DNA of 63,139 nt, the filler included, from Chiloscyllium plagiosum (lineage: Eukaryota): the NCBI RefSeq assembly GCF_004010195.1. It is 4 parts of one record of this genome, joined end to end, with 100 filler letters (N's around TTAATTAATTAA, not from the genome) between each part and the next. Parts side by side here need not be neighbours in the genome. Positions count along the whole stretch, not along the records: positions 1 to 22,015 come from NC_057713.1; 3 more parts are not named here. One strand, written 5' to 3'. This document shows positions 1 to 10,509 of the stretch, in pieces. The position numbers and the translations under genes are program-made. Numbering within the stretch: the stretch's first letter is position 1; each line of letters begins with the position of its first letter. The notes below the pieces were generated by a model that was given only the letters and a program-made list of their open reading frames with translations, searched no databases and was not told where the DNA came from.

Positions 1-1860
1 TGTTCCATATATCCTACGAAGAGGCAGGCATAGCTGTGGCCCATGCGGGTGCCCATGGCTACTCCTTTGGTTTGGAGGAAGTGGGAGGATTGGAAAGAGA
101 AGTTGTTCAGAGTGAGGACCAGTTCAGTCAGTCAAAGGAGGGTGTCAGTGGGAGGGTACTGGTTGGTACGGCGGGAAAGGAAGAAGCGGAGGGCTTTGAG
201 TCCTTCATGATGGGGGATGGAGGTGTACAAGGACTGGATGTCCATGGTGAAGATAAGGCGTTGGGGACCGGGGAAGCGAAAATCATGGAGGAGGTGGAGG
301 GCGTGGTTTGTGTCCCGAACGTAGGTGGGGAGTTCTTGGACTAAGGGGGACTGGACCGTGTCGAGGTATGCAGAGATGAGTACAGTGGGGCAGGAGCAGG
401 CTGAGACAATGGGTCGGCCGGGGCAGTCAGGTTTGTGGATTTTGGGCAGGAGGTAGAAACGGGCGGTGCGGGGTTGTGGGACAATGAGGTTGGAGGCGGT
501 GGATGGGAGATCCCCTGAGGTGATGAGGTTATGGTGGTCTGGGAGATGATGGTTTGGTGGTGGGAGGTGGGGTCATGGTCAAGGGGGAAGTAGGAGGAGG
601 TGTCCGCGAGCTGGCGTTTAGCCTCAGCGGTGTAAAGGTCGGTGCGCCAAACTACTACCGCGCCCCCCTTGTCTGCAGGTTTGATAGTAAGGTTGGGGTT
701 GGAACGGAGGGAGTGGAGGGCTGCAAGTTCCGAGGGTGAGAGGTTGGAGTGTGTGAGAGGGGTGGAGAGGTTGAGGCAGTTAATGTTGCGACCAGTTCCA
801 ATACCGTACAACCCAGATGGCCTCCTTCTTCAAACACCGCAATTTCCCCCCAGACGTGATCGACGATGCTCTCCACTGCATCTCCTCCACTTCCTGCTCC
901 TCCGCCCTTGAGCCCCGCCCCTCCAATCGCCACCAGGACAGAACCCCACTGGTCCTCACCTACCACCCCACCAACCTCCATATACATTAGATCATCCGTC
1001 GTCATTTCCACCACCTCCAAACGGACCCCACCACCAGGGATATATTTCCCTCCCCTTTTCTATCAGTGTTCCGAAAAGACCACTCCCTCCGTGACTCCCT
1101 TGTCAGGTCCACACCCCCCCACCAACCCAACCTCCACTCCCGGCACGTTCCCCTGCAACCACAACAAATGCAAAACGTGCGCCCCCACCTCCCCTCTTAC
1201 TTCCCTCCAAGGCCCCAAGAGATCCTTCCATATCTGTCACAAATTCACCTGCACTTCCACACACATCATTTACTGCATCTGCTGCACCCGATATGGCCTC
1301 CTCTATATTGGGGAGACAGGCCGCCTACTTTTGGAACGTTTCAGAGAACACCTCTGGGACACCCAGATCAACCAACCCAACCACCCCGTGGCTCAACCCT
1401 TCAACTCCCCCTCCCACTCCACCAAGGACATGCAGGTCCTTGGACTCCTCCATCGCTAGACCATAGCAACACGACGGTTGGAGGAAGAGTGCCTCATCTT
1501 CCGCCTAGGAACCCTCCAACCACAAGGGATGAACTCAGATTTCTCCAGCTTCCTCATTTCCCCTCCCCCCACCTTGTCTCAGTCCCAACCCTTGAACTCA
1601 GCACCACCTTCCTAACCTGCAATCTTCTTCCTGACCTCTCCGCCCCCACCCCCACTCCGGCCTATCACCCTCACCTTAACCTCCTTCAACCTATCGCATT
1701 TCCAACTACCCTCCCCCAAGTCCCTCCTCGCTACCTTTTATCTTAGCCTGCTTGGCACACTCTCCTCATTCCTGAAGAAGGGCTCATGCCCGAAACGTCG
1801 ATTCTCCTGCTCCTTGGATGCTGCCTGACCTGCTGCGCTTTTCCAGCAACACATTTTCAA
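1..1860. mobile_element. Penelope-like retroelement (PLE) with 5' inversion: RT region on minus strand (1-~790), thumb/GIY-YIG/pLTR on plus strand (~790-1860)
   Basis: Minus translation contains LTIKPADKGGAVVVW and GVAMGTRMG (PLE RT). Plus ORF 866-1459 contains the Cys linker PCNHNKCKTC and GIY-YIG-type IIYCICC...LYIGETGR...RFREHL. The terminal repeat carries a hammerhead core. Frameshifted and decayed. Confidence 0.9.
1768..1804 (+). ncRNA. Minimal type-I hammerhead ribozyme motif in PLE pLTR (best-preserved copy)
   Basis: ATTC-CTGAAGA(1772-1778)-A-GGGC TCAT GCCC-GAAAC(1792-1796)-GTC(1797-1799)-GATT. Matches the CUGANGA/stem II/GAAA/NUH layout with a palindromic ACGT stem III. Confidence 0.8.
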
Positions 1861-2540
1861 CACTTACTTATGAAGTTTGTGAGGTTAGTGGAGTACTCAT
1901 TAAGGTTGGCCACTGAGTTCTTGAATATGGACCAGTCCACCAACACCAAGCAGTCATGTAGCAGCTCATCCGTTACCTCAGACCAGCACTGTATGTCTTT
2001 CTGTACCAGATCCTCATGCTTCAGTTCCTGCTGGTAAACTAGGAGAAGAAGCACATGGTCTGATTGACCAAAATGCTGATGGTGATGGGGCAGTAGGTGT
2101 TGATGGTTCTGTCACAACGGTCCAGGAATTTTGGGCTCCTGGTGGGACAGGAGACGTGTTGATGGTATTTTGGTAGCACACCCTTGAGGTGGGCCTGTTG
2201 AAGTCGCCAGCTACGATTAACAAGGCCTCCGTTTCAAGGCTATTTGTGGGGATATATATTTCATCAGGTTCTGTGTGGGGCGTGATTAAGCTGGTCTCAG
2301 GATAGTGGAGGTGAACTCCCCCGGCAGATAGTAGGGATGGCACTTTACCATTAGATATGCTCGGTCCAGGAACAGTAACTCACCAGAGTCAGCATGTCTG
2401 AGCACCAAGAGATGTTGGTCAGGAAGCAGATCCCTCTGCCCTTTTTCTTGCCTGAGGACACCATGTGGTCCATCCAGTGATTAAGAAACCCTCAGGATGT
2501 GATGCACAGTCAGGAGGGAGCCGTGTGTCTGTAAGCCAGG

Positions 2541-2995
2541 GAGTTGGGTTCAATTCCAGCCTTGAATAACTGACTGCTTGCAGATTTCACATTGTCTCCG
2601 TGTCTGCATCAGTCTCCTCTAGGTGCTCTGGTTTCTTCCCACAGTCCAAAGATGTGCGGGTTACGTGGATTGGCCATGCTAAGTTAACCATAGTGTCCAG
2701 GGATGTGTAGATTCGCCATGGGAAATGCAGGGTTAATCACGCCCCACACAGAACCTGATGAAATATATATCCCCACAAATAGCCTTGAAACGGAGGCCTT
2801 GTTTATCATAGCTGGCGACTTCAACAGGCCCACCTCAAGGGTGTGCTACCAAAATACCATCAACACGTCTACTGTCCCACCAGGGTTACAGGAATGTGGT
2901 AGGGAGGGTATGTCTGCATGGGATGCTTTTCAGAGGGTTGTTGTGGACTTGATGGCCTGAATGGCCTGTGTCCATATTGTAGGGATTCTATCATG
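2541..2995 (+). mobile_element. tRNA-derived V-SINE (HE1-like), 5'-truncated, carrying a templated insertion
   Basis: GGGTTCAATTCC B-box and the V-domain string GGTGCTCTGGTTTCTTCCCACAGTCCAAAGATGTGC shared with other copies in the window. Confidence 0.75.
2733..2884 (+). repeat. 152-bp inverted copy of 2138-2289
   Basis: Reverse complement of 2138-2289 with about 3 mismatches; flanked by direct repeat CAGGGTTA (2728-2735 and 2881-2888). Confidence 0.92.
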
Positions 2996-3689
2996 TATGA
3001 AAACAGAGCACACAGCAGCCTCTGAAGTTTGTCCAGCTTTTTTCAATGGCTTGGATGTTTACCAGGAGTATGCTCGGGTGGGGAGATTTGAAACCAGTCT
3101 CACATGCAGGCCAACAGATCTCCCATGTTTCCTGGGTAAGTGGCTGCTTCTGTTCGGGCCTGAGATTTGGAGAGGATGGTCTGCCATTCTGGAAGGTAAG
3201 TGTGTGCATCCAATGGGGTCCTGGGCACTGGCCATGGCCTCAGGCACTTGGGAGGATCTTGTTCTCGGTCTGGTCGGGCCTCAAAGTCAGGTCAGGTCTC
3301 CCTGTGATTGGGTGTACACATCGAGTCCACTCCACGGATCAACGTCTGGGTCAGGCCTTCGAGAAGCTGCAAGGGCTGTTCACTTCATTGTCGCGGGTGA
3401 GGTTCCAGCGTCAGCAGTCAGAGCCCATCGGTTCACACAGTTGGGCACTCCACCGGGTCCTGGTCTTTGCCAGGTCAGATTAAGGTGGGCAGTTGGTTGT
3501 TCCCCGAGGTTATAAGTTTGCCAGATCTGTAAGTAGATTTGAAAGAACTTACAATTAAGGTTTAAAAGAGTAGAATGATTATAAAAGATGTGAGTGGATG
3601 ATCTGTTTAGCAGAGCTCACAAAGAGTCACCATTCTTCGGCTCCATCTTGCAGAATCTATAGTGAACCTAACAAGAGAAAGGAAAGTTC

Positions 3690-5185
3690 TGGAAATAGTT
3701 TTAGTGAATGAATCTGGGAAATTAGAAGAAGTTTCACTGGGGCAGTATTTTCATGATAATGATCATATTTAAATTAAGAAATAATTTTGGAAAAGGACAA
3801 AGTTAGACCGAGAGAACAAATTTCAAGTTGGAGAATTGCCAAGTGGAAATGATTTGGCAAAAGTGGATGATAATCAGTTGCTTGAAGTTAAATCATAGTC
3901 AGAAAAGCTGGAGGAGTTCAAAGAGCTAAAGAGGGTTCAAAGCAAATATGTTCCCACTAACAGAAACAGTTGGTCTCCCAAATATAAATGGCCCTCTATG
4001 TCAAAGAATGGCATAAGGCAACAAAAGAAAACTTCTGTCTAATAATGAAACTTCAGTACTGCAGAAAATCTCAAGGTGTACTGAATCATGAGAATGAAAT
4101 GACACATGAAATTTGGAAAAGAAAGTGAGCATAACAAAATATTCGTAAAATCAAGGAGAGTTCAAAGGTGCATTACTCATATATAAAGGACAGCGGAGAC
4201 TAAAACGTTGACCTGCTAGAAGGCAGCTTGTTTGTATATCAGTTGTGGCTCACTTGGCCCTACTAAGTCACAAGATTTCAGATTTATGACCTTACGATCA
4301 TAAGACATCAGAGCAGAATAGGCCATTCAGTCCATCCGCCATTCGATCATATCTAATGTGTTTCTCAAGCTCATACTTCTGGTTATGTTGCCCTCCCCTT
4401 AGTATTTTTCTTCTTCCTTGTGTTGAATTTCTGCTGTGCCTCCTGAATTACTCCCAGAAATTCCTGCCATTGCTGCTCCACCATCTTCCCTTCCAATCAA
4501 CACTGGTCAGTTCCTTTATCATGTCTTTGTACTTATGTTTATTCAGTTGTAATACCATGACATCTTATTCCAGTTTCTCCCCCTCAAAATACAGAGTGAA
4601 TTCTATCATATTACGGTCTCTGTCCCCTAGGGGTTCCTTCACTTTAGCTCTCTAATCAACTCTGCCATCACCAAATCCTGAAATACCTGTTTCCTATTGG
4701 ACTATACCACTAGCAGATCCAAAAAAACCATTTCATAGACATGCTAAGAATTTATTTTCTTGATATCAGTTACCAGCCTGATTTTCCCAGTCCATCTGCA
4801 TATTAAAGTCCCCTGTGATTATTGTAACAGTCCCTTTTAAACATGCTTTTTCTATCTCCTTTTCATTTTCTTTCCCACATCCTGACTACTGCTAGGAGGC
4901 ATGTACACTGCCTCCATCAGGGTCTTTTCTCCTTAGCGATTTCTCAACTTTATTCATACAGATTCTACTCCTTCCAATCCTACATCACTTCTTGCTCTCA
5001 ATTTCATTTCATTTCTTCCTAACAAGGCAATCCTGCCCCTCTGCCCATCTGCCTGTTCTTTCAATAGTATGTGTATCTTTGGATATTTAGTTCCCAGCGC
5101 TGTTGCCCTTGCGGCCCATCTCTACGTTATCCACAGCATTGTACCTGCCAATTACAATCTGCGCTCCAAGTTCATTTGCCTTATT
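3690..5185. mobile_element. Old CR1-type LINE fragments (plus ~3690-4210; minus ~4297-5185)
   Basis: Degenerate similarity to the APE/linker region and 3' end of better-preserved CR1 copies in this window. Confidence 0.5.
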
Positions 5186-5192
5186 TTATATA

Positions 5193-6703
5193 CTAGAGAA
5201 GGTGAGGATTGCAGATGCTGGAGATCAGAGTCGAGAGTGCAGTGCTGGAAAAGCACAGCAGGTCAGGCAACATCCGAGGAGCAGGCGAATTGACGTTTTG
5301 GGCATAAGCCCTTCAACAGGAATGAGGCTTGTGGGCCAGGGCTGAGAGATAAATGACAGGAGGTGGGGTTTGGGGGACAGTAGCTGAGAAAGCGATCGGT
5401 GGATGAAGATGAGGGAGAAGGTAATAGGTCGGGGAGAGTGATGGACAGGTCCAGAGGGCGGTGCCGAGTTGGAGGCTTGGGTCTGGGATAATGTGGGGGG
5501 GGGAGGGGAAATGAGGAAGCTGGTGAAATCCACATTTATCTTGTGTAGTTGCAGGGTCCCAAGGCGGAATATGAGGCGTTCCTCCTCCAGGTGTCGGATG
5601 GTAACGGTTTGGTGGTGGAGGAGTCCCAGGACCTGCATATCCTTGATGGAGTGGGAGGGGGAGTTGAAGTGTTCATCCACGGGGCGGTGAGGTTGTTGGG
5701 TGCAGGTGTCCCAGAGATGTTCTCTGAAATTATCTGCAAGAAGGGGTCCTGTCTCCCCAATGTAGAGGAAACCACATCGGGAGCAACAGATGCAGTAGAT
5801 GACATTGGCAGAGGTACAGGTAAATTTCTGACGGATGTGGAAGGATCCCTTGGGGCCTTGGACAGGTGAGGAGAGTGGTGTGGGTGCAGGTTCTGCATTT
5901 CCTGCGGTGTCAGGGAAAGGTGCCAGGAGTGGGGTGTGGGCTGGTGGGAGACGTGGACCTGATGAGGGAGTCGCTGAGGGAATGGCCTTTTCGGAACACT
6001 GATAGGGGTGGGGAGAGAAATATATCTCTGGTGGTTTATTTCCAGTTCCTCCGCCTCCACCGCATCTGTTCCCGGGATGACCAATTCCATCTCAGAAAGT
6101 CCCACATGGCCTCTTTCTTCCACGATCGCAACTTCCTTTCCCACGTAGTTGATGATGACCTCCAGTGCATCTCCTCCACTTCACGCAGCACCGTCCTTGA
6201 ACCCCACCCTTCCGAATGTAACAAGGACAGAACGCCCCCTGTCTTCACCTTCCACCCCTCCAACCTCTGCATACAAGGCATCACCTTCCACCACTTTCAC
6301 CACCTCCAAATGGACCCCACCACCAGAGATATATTTCCCTCCCTACCCCTATCAGCATTTCAAAAAGACCTTAGTGACTCTCTCGTCAGGTCCACAACTC
6401 CCCACCAGTCCATACCCACTCCTGGTGCCTTTCCCTGCCACCGCAGCAAGTGCAAAACCTGCACCCACACCACTCCCCTCACCTCTGTCCAAGGCCCCAA
6501 AGATTCTTCCACATCCATCAGAAATTTACCTGCACCTCTACCAATGTCATCTACTGCATCTGTTGCACCCGGTGTGGTCTCCACTACATCGGGGAGACAG
6601 GATGCTTTCTTGTGGATTGTTTCAGAGACATCAATGGGAGACCCACAATCCTGTGGCTGAACACTTCAACTCTCCCTCCCACTCCGCCAAAATTGTGCAG
6701 GTT
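5193..6703. mobile_element. PLE remnant with divergent arms: minus 5193-6035 (GIY-YIG + pLTR), plus 6036-6703 (thumb + GIY-YIG)
   Basis: Peptides HFNSPSHSIKDMQVLG..EEERLIFRLGTLQ (minus) and YFQFLRLHRICS, CHRSKCKTC, VIYCICCTRCGLHYIGETG (plus). Mutated hammerhead at ~5287-5323 (CTGTTGA...AAAAC). Confidence 0.88.
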
Positions 6704-7304
6704 CTTACATAATGTTGTTATTGTTTTTATTATACAGAGCCTAATTTTTCTCCCATTAATAATCTTCACCTGATGATTGACAACCTCAGAATTTCTGCAC
6801 ATGTTGACAGCTTTAGTGAGAATAAATTTCTCCTCTTTCAGCTGACGTGCTCTCATGACAGGATTTCTGAGATTGAAGACAATCCCATCTCAGATGAAAT
6901 TAAGTTTCAATTGTCCAAATATACATGATTCAGACAAATGTCTACGTGTCATCACATACAGATCAATATTCTCAATCTTCCCTTAGTGTCTGATGTTAAA
7001 CACAAACAGGTCTTAAGTAGCATTAGTAGAGGGTTCAAAACAGCCATTCAAGAACTTTAATATTTCTCCATTTGGCTTTTTTGCTCGTCAGTAAGTCTCA
7101 TCTAGGCTGCAAAGCAACTTTCAATACAACAACACAATATGCTTTCCCCAACATTGATAACAGTATTGCTATTCTAATTTGTCAAGTACATTTTGCTTAA
7201 TTCTAAAGTTGGTTTATAATTTTTCCACTGAAACTGGAAAAAATGCTACATCTGAATCATACTACCTTCTATTTCCATAACAGCTGGATCTTCAAAATTC
7301 ACAG

Positions 7305-7857
7305 CAGGTGAGTGGGGGAGGGGACGAAGGTGATAGGTCAAGGAGGAGGGTGGATTGGAGAGGTGGAAAAGAAGATAGGCAGGTAGGACAAGTCATGGGG
7401 ACTGTGCTGCTTCAGGGCAGAGGAAATGACCTGGGAGTTGCAGTGGGAGAGGGACTCCCTGAGATTCTTATAGAGAGAGGAGGAAAACTTCTTCAAGGCA
7501 GCCATCCTTGCCAGAGGATTCGCAGTAGGATTAAAATCAACTAGGTAAAAACAATGACTGCAGATGCTGGAAACCAGTCTGGATTAGTAGTGCTGGAAGA
7601 GCACAGCAGTTCAGGCAGCATCCGAGGAGCAGTAAAATCAATGTTTCGGCCAAAAGCCCTTCATCAGGAATAAAGGCAGAGAGCCTGAAGGGTGGAGAGA
7701 TAAGCTGGAGGAGGGTGGGGGTGGGGAAAAAGTAGCATAGAGTACAATAGGTAAGTGGGGGAGGGGATGAAAGTGATAGGTCAAGGAGGAGGATGGAGTG
7801 GATAGGTGGAAAAGAAGATAGGCAGGTAGGACAGGTCATGGGGACAGTGCTGCTTTC
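7305..7857 (-). mobile_element. Short PLE derivative: pLTR + hammerhead + putative ORF start, then a partial tandem repeat (period 443)
   Basis: 7305-7410 repeats 7748-7853. Hammerhead core CTGATGA..GAAAC on minus at ~7637-7671. Minus 7411-7540 encodes MAALKKFSSSLYKNLRESLSHCNSQVISSALK. Confidence 0.8.
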
Positions 7858-7984
7858 ATCATGTTGCAACAATTTGATGAAGACAGGATAAGCATTCTCT
7901 ACACTCCACAAGATTGTAACTAAAAAATACAAAAGATAATTTAATCGTTCATATAATAGTTAGCAATCCAATGAATGAAAGAAA

Positions 7985-8110
7985 GTAGGGACTTGCAATT
8001 ATATAATTTCATTCTTGACCTTAGGATATCCCAAATGCTTTGAAGGCTTTAAAAATATTTTTCAAAATGTAGTCACTTTTAAATGTAGGAAATGCATCAG
8101 GCAAAGGCAG
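7985..8110 (-). mobile_element. Old SINE 3' tail (DeuSINE/SacSINE-like)
   Basis: Reverse complement resembles the ...GCATTTGGGATATCC...TATATAATTGCAAGTC tail also seen at 35870-35928. Confidence 0.4.
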
Positions 8111-8907
8111 ACATGTATGTTTTATTATTTAGGAATCATAAATCACACATGTATTAGACAATACTATGCATCTTTAGTAGATTATAATAATTGGAAAACC
8201 TTGCATATGTATTTCCGTTTCCCCAGCCCCCAACGCCTCATCTTCACCATGGACATCCAGTCCCTTTACACCTCCATCTGCCATGACCAGGTCCTTCAAG
8301 CCCTCCGTTTCTTCCTCTCCCGATTTCCCCAACAGTACCCTTCCACCGACACACTTATTTGTTTGGCTGAACTGGTCCTCACCCTCAATAATTTCTCCTT
8401 TGAATCCTCCCACTTCCTCCAGACCAAAGGGGTAGCTATGGGCACCTGTATGGGCCCCAGCTATGCCTGTCTTTGTTGGCTACGTAGAACAGTCCATCTT
8501 CCGTAGTTACACCAGCACCACTCCCCACCTCTTCCTCCGCTACATTGATGACTGAATCGGCACCACCTCGTGCTCCCGCGAGGAGGTTGAGCAATTCATC
8601 AACTTCAGCAACACATTCCACCCTGACCTTAAATTTACCTGGACCATCTCTGACACCTCCCTCCCCTTTCTGGACCTCTCCATCCCCATTAATGATGACC
8701 GACTTGACACTGACATTTTTTACAAACCCACCGACTCCCACAACTACCTGGATTACACCTCTTCTCATCCTACCTCCTGCAAAAATGCCATCCCGTATTC
8801 CCAATTCCTCCGCCTCCGCCGTATCTGCTCCCAGGAGGACCAGTTCCACCACAGAACACACCAGATGGCCTCCTCCTTTAGAGACCGCAATTTCCCTTCC
8901 CACATGG

Positions 8908-9612
8908 NNNNNNNNNNNNNNNNNNNNNNNNNNNNNNNNNNNNNNNNNNNNNNNNNNNNNNNNNNNNNNNNNNNNNNNNNNNNNNNNNNNNNNNNNNNNN
9001 NNNNNNNNNNNNNNNNNNNNNNNNNNNNNNNNNNNNNNNNNNNNNNNNNNNNNNNNNNNNNNNNNNNNNNNNNNNNNNNNNNNNNNNNNNNNNNNNNNNN
9101 NNNNNNNNNNNNNNNNNNNNNNNNNNNNNNNNNNNNNNNNNNNNNNNNNNNNNNNNNNNNNNNNNNNNNNNNNNNNNNNNNNNNNNNNNNNNNNNNNNNN
9201 NNNNNNNNNNNNNNNNNNNNNNNNNNNNNNNNNNNNNNNNNNNNNNNNNNNNNNNNNNNNNNNNNNNNNNNNNNNNNNNNNNNNNNNNNNNNNNNNNNNN
9301 NNNNNNNNNNNNNNNNNNNNNNNNNNNNNNNNNNNNNNNNNNNNNNNNNNNNNNNNNNNNNNNNNNNNNNNNNNNNNNNNNNNNNNNNNNNNNNNNNNNN
9401 NNNNNNNNNNNNNNNNNNNNNNNNNNNNNNNNNNNNNNNNNNNNNNNNNNNNNNNNNNNNNNNNNNNNNNNNNNNNNNNNNNNNNNNNNNNNNNNNNNNN
9501 NNNNNNNNNNNNNNNNNNNNNNNNNNNNNNNNNNNNNNNNNNNNNNNNNNNNNNNNNNNNNNNNNNNNNNNNNNNNNNNNNNNNNNNNNNNNNNNNNNNN
9601 NNNNNNNNNNNN
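8908..9612. other. Assembly gap (705 N)
   Basis: Run of N. Confidence 1.
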
Positions 9613-9700
9613 CCCACTCACCTATTGTACTCTATGCTACTTTCTCCCTACCCCCACCCTCCTCTAGCTTATCTCCTCACCCTTCAGGCACTCTGCCTGT

Positions 9701-9737
9701 ATTCCTGATGAAGAGCTTTTGCCCGAAACGTCGATTT
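9701..9737 (+). ncRNA. Minimal hammerhead ribozyme motif in PLE pLTR
   Basis: ATTC-CTGATGA(9705-9711)-AGAGC TTTT GCCC-GAAAC-GTC(9730-9732)-GATT; one stem II mismatch. Confidence 0.72.
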
Positions 9738-10285
9738 TACTGCTCCTCGGATGCTGCCTGATCTGCTGTGCTCTTCCAGCACCACTAATCCAGAATCTGG
9801 TTTCCAGCATCTGCAGTCATTGTTTTTACCTATGTTATAAGGAATAACAATTCCTGCATGTACATAATAATACAGAATAACCAATCCCAGTACAAATTTT
9901 AAAGAATAACAAAAGCTATATATAATATCAGAAGTAACTGATCTCAAAAATGTTTTAGTGTATATATTGTTTACTATCGTGATGGATGTTGTAAATATGT
10001 GAAGGGTAAATATATCCTGTATGTAAATTGCATTTGATGCCAATGGCACCAGTACTGCTTAGGCAAAGTTGGGATGTGTTAAATAAGTTCCGGTTCAGAG
10101 TTGATATTTCATTATTCAATGATCCGTGCTTGATTTCAGCCTTAAAAACACTGGAGAGAGTAACATTCAAGTTTGCTTATGGCATCTTGCTTGTTTAAAT
10201 AGCTAGTCGCTGTACATTGTCCTGGCTCATGCATGAAAGATAGTCACTTGTGTGAGAGGTCTGTGAATGACTGATATCCAATACA

Positions 10286-10509
10286 CTAGCAGAAAGTGAG
10301 GACTGCAGATGCTGGAGATCAGAGCTAAAAAATGTGTTGCTGGAAAAGCGCAGCACATCAGGCAACATCAAAGGAGCAGGAGAATCAACGTTTCGGGCAT
10401 AAGCCCTTCAGGAATTCCTGAAGAAGGACTTAGGCCCGAAACATCGATTCTCCTGCTCCTTGGATGCTGCCTGACCTGCTGCGCTTTTCCAGCAACACAT
10501 TTTTCAGCT
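10286..10509. mobile_element. Fold-back (inverted dimer) PLE pLTR insertion with 15-bp TSD
   Basis: Arms of ~90 bp centred on GGAATTCC (10411-10418). Direct repeat CTGATATCCAATACA at 10271-10285 and 10510-10524. Confidence 0.9.

Larger units (their letters stand above)
1861..3230 (-). mobile_element. Decayed Rex1/Babar-type LINE fragment (APE endonuclease region), interrupted by a SINE
   Basis: Minus-strand peptides PSILLVNIQAIE..CCVLCF, IVAGDFNRP and SEVTDELLHDCLVLVDWSIFK resemble the Rex1/Babar ORF2 N-terminus; many frameshifts. Confidence 0.65.
8212..9832 (+). mobile_element. 5'-truncated PLE (RT core to pLTR) spanning an assembly gap
   Basis: LIFTMDIQSLYTSI, LTLNNFSF, GVAMGTCMGPSYA, catalytic RYIDD (~8538-8552) and IPYSQFLRLRRICS; pLTR ends CAGTCATTGTTTTTACCTA. 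Confidence 0.9.

Noticed and set aside
8436..9761. Long ORFs of 247-393 aa
   Set aside because: Artefacts of translating through the N gap.
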